A stretch of DNA of 46,309 bases from an uncultured Planctomycetales bacterium (GTDB lineage Bacteria; Omnitrophota; Gorgyraeia; Zapsychrales; Zapsychraceae), in the NCBI GenBank assembly GCA_964364455.1, contig CAYIMR010000002.1, forward strand, positions 35,911-82,219, given 5' to 3'. Every line of letters begins with the position of its first letter. Position 1 is the first letter of the stretch. The position numbers and the translations under genes were made by a program. This document shows positions 39,846 through 46,309 of the stretch, one piece after another. The notes beneath the pieces are model-generated. The model worked only from the letters and a program-made list of their open reading frames with translations. It was not told where the DNA came from and searched no databases.

Positions 39846-42800
39846 ATGATGCCCGAACAATACATGCCTAAACAAGGATTATACGACCCGCGCTTCGAGC
39901 ATGACAGCTGCGGTGTTGGCTTTGTCGCTCACCTTAAAGGGCAAAAATCCCACGCGATCATTCGTAACGGCATCCAGGTTTTGGAGAATTTGAGCCATCG
40001 CGGCGCTTGCGGATGCGATCCTGAAACCGGTGACGGCGCCGGGATCACCATCCAGATGCCGGATACATTTTTGCGCAAGAAATGCGCGCAATTGCACATC
40101 GATCTGCCGCCCTTGGGCGATTATGGCGCTGGGATCGTCTTTTTGCCGCCGCTCGCCGAAGACCGCAATATCATCGAGCAATGGACCGAGCATATTATCC
40201 GCGAGGAAGGCCAGAAATTTTTAGGCTGGCGCGAGGTGCCGCATGATCCGACCAAAATAGGCAAGGTCGCCCGTTCCGTGATGCCAGCCTTTAAGCAGCT
40301 TTTTATCGGCCGGGGAAAAAATACCGCCTCCGACGCCTTCGAGCGCAAACTCTACGTGATCCGCAAGCGCCTCTACAACAAGGTGCAGGATTCCGTCCTT
40401 AATCAGCGCAATTATTATTACTTCTGCAGCCTTTCCAACAAAACGCTTGTCTATAAAGGACAATTGCTGGCCGAACAGCTGGACCGTTTTTTCCCGGACT
40501 TAAGCGATCCCGACATGACCTCGGCATTGGCCATGGTGCACTCACGTTACAGCACCAACACGTTCCCGACGTGGGCGCTGGCGCATCCGTACCGCATGAT
40601 CGCGCATAATGGGGAAATTAATACCTTGCGCGGCAATATCAACTGGACGCACGCGCGCGAAATGCAGTTTGTCAGCAAGGCTTTCGGCAAAGACCTCAAG
40701 AAAGTCCTCTCGATCGTCGTGCCTCACGGCAGCGACTCAGCGACATTTGATAATGTTTTTGAGATGCTTGTTCTCTCCGGGCGCTCGCTCGCGCACGCGA
40801 TCATGATGATGATCCCCGAGGCCTGGAACGGCCACGAAAGCATGTCCAAAGAAAAGAAAGATTTTTACGAATACCATTCGTGCCTGATGGAGCCGTGGGA
40901 CGGGCCCGCCTCGATGACTTTTACCGACGGACGCTACATCGGCGCCGTGCTCGACCGTAACGGTCTGCGTCCTTCGCGGTATTGGTTGACCAAAGACGAT
41001 CTGGTCATCATGGCCTCCGAAACAGGCGTGTTGCCGGTTGAAACGGATAAAATTCTGAAGAAGTGGCGTCTGCAGCCGGGCAAAATATTCTTGATCGACA
41101 CCCAGGCCGGGCGCATCATCGACGACGAAGAGATCAAGGGCGGATACGCGACCCGCAAGCCTTACGGCAAATGGCTCAAGGAAAACCTGGTGACCCTCGA
41201 AAACTTGCCCAAGCCCAAAAAGGTGAACGGATTTAACGCGAAAACGCTCCTCGAGCGTCAGAAGGCCTTTGGTTACACGCTGGAGGATTTGAAGATCCTT
41301 TTGCAGCCGATGGCCACCACGGGGCTGGAGGCAACCGGTTCAATGGGCACCGACACGCCGCTGGCGGTTTTGTCGCAGCGCCCGCAGCTTCTCTTTAATT
41401 ATTTCAAACAGCTTTTCGCGCAGGTCACCAATCCGCCTATCGATTCGATCCGCGAAGAGGTCGTCATGGACGAATCCATGATGCTCGGCAGTGAGGGAAA
41501 TCTTCTCGATGAAACGCCGGAGCACGCTCATCGTCTGCGCGTCGCGCGGCCGATCCTGACTAACGAAGAGCTGGAAAAGATCCGTCACGTGAATATCGGC
41601 AGCCTCAAGGCGACGACGCTGTCCTCGGTTTTTAAGGCAGTCAAAGGACCGGAAGGCCTGGAGCTGGCCATGGAAAAATTGTCCCGCGAAGCGGACAAAG
41701 TTATTGAAGAAGGCTACACGATTTTGATTTTGTCCGACCGGGATGTTAGCAAAGACAACGTCCCGATCCCGTCTTTGCTGGCCTGTTCTGGATTGCATCA
41801 TCATTTGATCCGTCGGGGGACACGTACCAAAGTGAGCCTGGTCATGGAAACGGGCGAGGCCCGCGAGATGCACCATTTTGCCGTGTTGATCGGCTACGGG
41901 GCGAACGCTATCAATCCGTATCTGGCTTTTGAAACGATCGAAAATGAGATTCGGAAAAAGGTCTATCCGGAAAACCTTGACATCGATCACGCGCAGAAGA
42001 ATTTTTTGAAAGCGACCCACAAGGGGTTGCTGAAGATCATCGCCAAGATGGGGATCTCCACGATCCAGTCGTACTGCGGGGCGCAGATCTTTGAAGCGGT
42101 CGGCCTGGGGGAAGAACTGGTGAAGAAATATTTTACCGCGACACCTTCAAGGATCGGCGGCATCGGCATCGAGACCGTGGCCGAGGAGGCGCTGCGCCGG
42201 CACAAGACGGGCTATCCGACGGAAAACGTCTACGACACGATGCTTGAGGAAGGCGGCAATTATCATTGGCGCAAAGAAGGCGAGCACCACCAGCTTAACC
42301 CCAGAACCGTGGCCATGCTCCAGCACGCGGTGCGTAGCTGCAAATACGACCTTTACAAACAATTCGCGCAGATCGTTAACAGCCAGGAAGCGAATTTTGC
42401 CAGCATCCGCGGATTGATGAAATTTAAAACGGGCAGGCCTGTTCCTGTTGAAGAAGTCGAGCCTGCCTCCGAGATCGTGAAGCGTTTCGCCACCGGGGCC
42501 ATGAGCTACGGCTCTATTTCCAAAGAAGCGCATGAGACGCTCGCTATCGCGATGAACCGTATGGGCGGGTTTTCCAACACGGGTGAAGGCGGGGAAGATG
42601 CCGACCGGTTCAAGAAAGATCCCAACGGCGACTGGCGGCGCAGCCGCATCAAGCAGGTCGCGCAGGGGCGCTTTGGTGTTACTATCGAATATCTGGTCAA
42701 TGCTGACCAGATGCAGATCAAAATGGCACAGGGCGCCAAACCCGGCGAGGGCGGACAGCTTCCCGGGCACAAGGTGAGCAAGGAAATCGCCGCGACCCGT

Positions 42801-44414
42801 CATACGATGCCGGGCGTGGGACTGATTTCGCCGCCGCCCCACCACGACATTTATTCCATTGAAGACCTGGCGCAGCTTATTCATGATCTGAAAAATGCCA
42901 ATCCAAGGGCGGATGTGAGCGTAAAGCTCGTTTCCGAGATCGGCGTGGGCACGATCGCCGCCGGTGTTTCCAAGGGTAAATCCGACCATGTTTTGATCAG
43001 CGGTTTTGAAGGCGGCACGGGCGCCTCGCCGCAGACTTCGATCAAGCACGCCGGGTTACCGATGGAATTGGGCATCGCTGAAACGCAGCAGGTTCTGGTC
43101 ATGAACGATCTGCGCGGGCGTATCCGCGTGCAGACCGACGGACAATTGAAGACCGGCCGCGACGTCGTCATCGCCGCGATGCTCGGCGCCGATGAGTTTG
43201 GTTTTGCCACGATCGCCTTGGTGTCGCTGGGCTGTATTTTGTTGCGCAAGTGTCACTTGAATACCTGTTCGGTAGGGATCGCGACCCAGGACAAAGAACT
43301 GCGCAGACAATTTGCCGGCCAACCCGCGCACGTGGTCAATTTTTTTAGTTTTGTCGCCGAGGAAGTGCGGGAGATCATGGCGGAATTGGGATTCCGTAAA
43401 TTCGAGGACATGGTCGGGCGCGTGGACATGCTCGAGGCCAGGGACGTGATCGATCATTGGAAATCCAAAGGGATTGATCTCACCAATATTTTGCATAAAC
43501 CCGATGTGCCCGCGAATATCGCGATCCGTCACGTGGGGCGTCAGGACCACGGGCTGGAGCGGGCCCTGGACAATCGTCTCATTGCCGACTGCCGCGCGGC
43601 CATCGACAAGAAAACGCCGGTCAAATTGAATTATCCTATCCAGAATACCAACCGTACCGTCGGGACGATGTTGAGTTCCGAGATCGCGCGTAAATACGGT
43701 CTCGCCGGATTGCCGGAAGATACAATAAAAATAAAATTCGAAGGTTCTGCCGGACAGAGTTTCGCCGCGTTTTTGTCGCACGGGGTGACCCTTACGCTCG
43801 AAGGTGACACCAATGATTACGTCGGTAAAGGTCTCTCGGGTGGCAAGCTGATCGTGTATCCGCCGAAAAAAGCGGTTTTTGTGCCGGAGGAGAATATCCT
43901 CGTCGGTAATGTTGTTCTCTACGGCGCTGTTCGCGGAGAGGCGTATTTTCGCGGCATTGCCGGGGAACGTTTTTGCGTGCGCAACAGTGGCGCCATTACC
44001 GTTGTTGAAGGTGTGGGCGACCACGGATGCGAATACATGACCGGCGGGCGCGCCGTTATTCTGGGACGCACCGGACGCAATTTTGCCGCTGGGATGAGCG
44101 GTGGGATCGCTTACGTGTGGGATGTGGACGGTCAATTCAAGACGCGGTGCAATATGGGAATGGTGGAATTATTTCCCGTCGATCACGAAGCGGATATCCA
44201 GGAATTAAAACAGCTTATCGGGAATCACGCCCAACACACGGACAGTTCCGTTGCCAAACGTATTCTGGATAATTGGAAAAAGACCCTGCCGCAGTTCGTC
44301 AAGGTGTATCCGGCTGATTACCGGTGGGTCGTGGAACAGGCCGCTGAGGCGGCGGCACTTCCGAATGAAAAGGAATTAGTCTCAGGTGTGGCCGCGCGCA
44401 AGGACGGGAATTAA
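39846..44414 (+). CDS. gltB: glutamate synthase large subunit
   Basis: FEHDSCGVGFVAH (Ntn Cys). The FMN and 3Fe-4S regions read GAMSYGSIS, KPGEGGQLPG and LRKCHLNTCSVGIATQ. A C-terminal GXGXG beta-helix is present. The track start at 39765 is an upstream extension. Confidence 0.97.
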   Translation: MMPEQYMPKQGLYDPRFEHDSCGVGFVAHLKGQKSHAIIRNGIQVLENLSHRGACGCDPETGDGAGITIQMPDTFLRKKCAQLHIDLPPLGDYGAGIVFLPPLAEDRNIIEQWTEHIIREEGQKFLGWREVPHDPTKIGKVARSVMPAFKQLFIGRGKNTASDAFERKLYVIRKRLYNKVQDSVLNQRNYYYFCSLSNKTLVYKGQLLAEQLDRFFPDLSDPDMTSALAMVHSRYSTNTFPTWALAHPYRMIAHNGEINTLRGNINWTHAREMQFVSKAFGKDLKKVLSIVVPHGSDSATFDNVFEMLVLSGRSLAHAIMMMIPEAWNGHESMSKEKKDFYEYHSCLMEPWDGPASMTFTDGRYIGAVLDRNGLRPSRYWLTKDDLVIMASETGVLPVETDKILKKWRLQPGKIFLIDTQAGRIIDDEEIKGGYATRKPYGKWLKENLVTLENLPKPKKVNGFNAKTLLERQKAFGYTLEDLKILLQPMATTGLEATGSMGTDTPLAVLSQRPQLLFNYFKQLFAQVTNPPIDSIREEVVMDESMMLGSEGNLLDETPEHAHRLRVARPILTNEELEKIRHVNIGSLKATTLSSVFKAVKGPEGLELAMEKLSREADKVIEEGYTILILSDRDVSKDNVPIPSLLACSGLHHHLIRRGTRTKVSLVMETGEAREMHHFAVLIGYGANAINPYLAFETIENEIRKKVYPENLDIDHAQKNFLKATHKGLLKIIAKMGISTIQSYCGAQIFEAVGLGEELVKKYFTATPSRIGGIGIETVAEEALRRHKTGYPTENVYDTMLEEGGNYHWRKEGEHHQLNPRTVAMLQHAVRSCKYDLYKQFAQIVNSQEANFASIRGLMKFKTGRPVPVEEVEPASEIVKRFATGAMSYGSISKEAHETLAIAMNRMGGFSNTGEGGEDADRFKKDPNGDWRRSRIKQVAQGRFGVTIEYLVNADQMQIKMAQGAKPGEGGQLPGHKVSKEIAATRHTMPGVGLISPPPHHDIYSIEDLAQLIHDLKNANPRADVSVKLVSEIGVGTIAAGVSKGKSDHVLISGFEGGTGASPQTSIKHAGLPMELGIAETQQVLVMNDLRGRIRVQTDGQLKTGRDVVIAAMLGADEFGFATIALVSLGCILLRKCHLNTCSVGIATQDKELRRQFAGQPAHVVNFFSFVAEEVREIMAELGFRKFEDMVGRVDMLEARDVIDHWKSKGIDLTNILHKPDVPANIAIRHVGRQDHGLERALDNRLIADCRAAIDKKTPVKLNYPIQNTNRTVGTMLSSEIARKYGLAGLPEDTIKIKFEGSAGQSFAAFLSHGVTLTLEGDTNDYVGKGLSGGKLIVYPPKKAVFVPEENILVGNVVLYGAVRGEAYFRGIAGERFCVRNSGAITVVEGVGDHGCEYMTGGRAVILGRTGRNFAAGMSGGIAYVWDVDGQFKTRCNMGMVELFPVDHEADIQELKQLIGNHAQHTDSSVAKRILDNWKKTLPQFVKVYPADYRWVVEQAAEAAALPNEKELVSGVAARKDGN

Positions 44415-44415
44415 T

Positions 44416-44525
44416 AGAGTAAAGAGTAAGGAGTAAGAAGTAAGAAGAAAAAAAGAAGAAAAAATATCCAGGCACGAATGCCGAGCGGGATATAGGAATA
44501 TAATTCCTTCTTACTTCTTACTTTT
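44416..44525. repeat. heptamer-word inverted array (AGTAAGA words) between gltB and gltD
   Basis: AGAGTAAAGAGTAAGGAGTAAGAAGTAAGAAG pairs with CTTCTTACTTCTTACTTTT. It uses the same word family as 12594-12726. Confidence 0.75.
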
Positions 44526-44537
44526 AAGATTAATACA

Positions 44538-45986
44538 ATGGGTGACGTAACCGGATTTATAAAATATAGCAGGGAGGACCTCCACAAGGAGTCCGTCGTC
44601 GAGCGCCTGAAGCATTGGAAAGAGTTCTACGAGCCGATGCCCGAGGCAGATCTCAAGAACCAGGGCGCGCGGTGCATGGACTGCGGCATTCCGTTTTGTC
44701 AGGAAGGCTGTCCTATCGGCAACATCATTCCCGACTGGAACGATCTGGTTTATCGCGGCCGCTGGCAGGAGGCCATCGAACGCCTGCACAAGACCAACAA
44801 CTTTCCGGAATTTACCGGCCGCGTTTGCCCGGCGCCGTGCGAAAATTCCTGTGTTCTGGGGATCAACGCGCCACCGGTCACCATCAAAAATATCGAAGTT
44901 TCCATTATCGAACGAGCGTACAAGGAAGGCTGGGTCAAACCTGAACCGCCCAAGAAAAGGACCGGAAAGACCATCGCGGTTATCGGCTCCGGCCCCGCGG
45001 GGTTGGCCTGCGCGGACCAGCTCAACAAAGCCGGGCACAAAGTGACTGTTTTTGAAAAGAATGAATATTTGGGCGGGTTGCTGCGTCTGGGGATCCCGGA
45101 TTTTAAATTAGAGAAGTGGATCGTGGAGCGGCGTTTAAAACGCATGGAAGCCGAAGGTGTGAAGTTCAAGACAAAAACTAACGTCGGTGTGGACATTAAA
45201 GCCGCGGAACTGCGTGAGAAATTCGACGCGATCGTTCTGTGCGGCGGCGCACAACAGCCCCGGGATTTGCCTGTTGAGGGAAGGAACCTCAAGGGCGTTT
45301 ATTTCGCGATGGATTATTTGACCCAGCAGAACCGGATCAATTTCGGACAAAATGTTACTGCTAAAGCGCGCGTCAGCGCCGAGGGGCAAAATGTCGTTGT
45401 GCTCGGCGGTGGCGACACTGGATCGGACTGTGTGGGCACGGCCAATCGCCAGGGCGCGAAAGTCGTCCGGCAGTTCGAGCTTTTAGCGCGCCCGCCCAAG
45501 AACCGCAATCCGGAAAATCCCTGGCCGCAATGGGCGTTTATCGAGCGCGCCTCCACATCACATGAAGAAGGCGTTGAGCGCGATTATTCCATCATGACCA
45601 AGAAGTTCAGCGGTGAGAAGGGTGCGGTTAAAAAGCTGCACGGCGTGAAGTTGCAATTTGGGCCGAAGGATCCAAAGACTGGGCGTTCGGCAATGACCGA
45701 GGTGCCGGGTTCAGAATTTATAGTGGACGCGGATCTGGTCTTATTGGCAATGGGATTTTTAGGGCCGGTCAAGAGCGGTTTACTGGAAGATTTCGGCGTG
45801 GAATTAGACGAGCGCAGCAACGTCAAAGCGGACAAGAACAAAATGACGAGCGTCCCGGGTATTTTCACCGCCGGGGACATGACGCGCGGACAATCGCTGG
45901 TTGTCTGGGCCATCCACGAAGGCCGCGCCGCCGCTCAAGGTGTGCATAACTACTTAATGCAACCAGTCGTAAGCCCGCCAAATTGA
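44538..45986 (+). CDS. gltD: glutamate synthase small subunit (NADPH)
   Basis: CMDCGIPFC, CPAPCENSC, VIGSGPAGLACA and VLGGGDTGSDC. Confidence 0.96.
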   Translation: MGDVTGFIKYSREDLHKESVVERLKHWKEFYEPMPEADLKNQGARCMDCGIPFCQEGCPIGNIIPDWNDLVYRGRWQEAIERLHKTNNFPEFTGRVCPAPCENSCVLGINAPPVTIKNIEVSIIERAYKEGWVKPEPPKKRTGKTIAVIGSGPAGLACADQLNKAGHKVTVFEKNEYLGGLLRLGIPDFKLEKWIVERRLKRMEAEGVKFKTKTNVGVDIKAAELREKFDAIVLCGGAQQPRDLPVEGRNLKGVYFAMDYLTQQNRINFGQNVTAKARVSAEGQNVVVLGGGDTGSDCVGTANRQGAKVVRQFELLARPPKNRNPENPWPQWAFIERASTSHEEGVERDYSIMTKKFSGEKGAVKKLHGVKLQFGPKDPKTGRSAMTEVPGSEFIVDADLVLLAMGFLGPVKSGLLEDFGVELDERSNVKADKNKMTSVPGIFTAGDMTRGQSLVVWAIHEGRAAAQGVHNYLMQPVVSPPN

Positions 45987-46025
45987 ATAAATTTGGCGGG
46001 GTCTCGCCGAAATTTCATTTCGGCG
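45974..46025 (+). terminator. two tandem perfect hairpins after gltD (no U-tract)
   Basis: CCCGCCAAATT-GAATA-AATTTGGCGGG (45974-46000) includes the stop codon. CGCCGAAAT-TTC-ATTTCGGCG follows at 46005-46025. Confidence 0.4.
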
Positions 46026-46081
46026 GACAATAAGTCGCGAGTATGAGAGTTTCGCAAAGTTTTTGACCGTGATTAAAACAA

Positions 46082-46118
46082 ACGAAATACGAACGACGAA
46101 CGACGAGCGACGAACGAC
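46082..46118 (+). repeat. single-arm heptamer array (ACGANNN x5) upstream of glpK
   Basis: ACGAAAT ACGAACG ACGAACG ACGAGCG ACGAACG. No clear complementary arm was seen nearby. Confidence 0.7.
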
Positions 46119-46122
46119 AAGC

Positions 46123-46309
46123 ATGAAGCGTCAAACACAATACATTCTCGCTCTTGACCAAGGTACTACCGGGTCGAGAGCGTTTTTATTTGACGCGCGA
46201 GGCAGCGTTGTTGCCAGCGACTACAAGGAATTTCCGCAGTATTTTCCCAAGCCAGGCTGGGTCGAGCACGATGCCGACGAGATTTGGGCGTCCTGTGTTG
46301 CCGTTATTA
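46123..46309 (+). CDS. glpK: glycerol kinase, 5' part (runs off the window)
   Basis: [18 protein letters not shown]...[12 protein letters not shown]. Confidence 0.85.
   Translation, partial: MKRQTQYILALDQGTTGSRAFLFDARGSVVASDYKEFPQYFPKPGWVEHDADEIWASCVAVI

Noticed and set aside
1-46309. tRNA, rRNA, tmRNA or RNase P genes.
   Set aside because: All spacers longer than 60 nt were read. None shows a cloverleaf-compatible acceptor/T-arm (GTTCRANYC) pattern or rRNA-like conserved blocks.

Overview
This is a 46.3-kb chromosomal window from a bacterium with a Gram-negative-type envelope (secretin, AsmA-like protein, OMP). It contains no rRNA or tRNA, so the taxon cannot be assigned. All repeat coordinates were hand-counted and may be off by about 2 nt.

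Backbone genes (about 50-58% G+C by spot counts of single 60-nt lines):
- Two proteins carrying a recurrent S-S-P-V motif (2-3725), then mutL and mutS.
- A type IV pilin-like gene, then an AbrB/PIN toxin-antitoxin cassette inserted with a 30-bp target duplication.
- A CPBP protease, a merR-secretin pair, an Amidase_3 gene and murI.
- queD-queC-queE-queF, rph, rdgB, an AsmA-like gene and a DEDDh exonuclease.
- A nitrogen-assimilation cluster: GAF-GAF-ANTAR regulator, ptsP, glnN (with a sigma70 promoter and a leader terminator), a GATase, nadE, gltB and gltD.
- The start of glpK.

About 8.3 kb of accessory DNA (31.5-39.8 kb) splits the nitrogen cluster:
- An AAA/DUF4143 ATPase flanked by two diverged copies of the nadE 3' end.
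- A low-G+C ArsR-controlled operon: permease, OMP, FMN_bind-like protein, lipoprotein and a MacB-type ABC transporter, followed by a frameshifted CDF gene.
- Decayed Fic and DUF4160 remnants and an intact DUF2442 gene.

Most unusual signals:
1. Long hairpins built from degenerate 7-nt tandem words sit at about a dozen gene junctions. Different word families occur at different loci, and two arrays are read through inside ORF1.
2. Identical 28-39-nt GC-rich palindromes are inserted in frame in unrelated housekeeping genes and translated in different frames (RPE-like behaviour).
3. The SSPV-motif protein cluster.
4. The ArsR operon, which has an unfamiliar gene combination.
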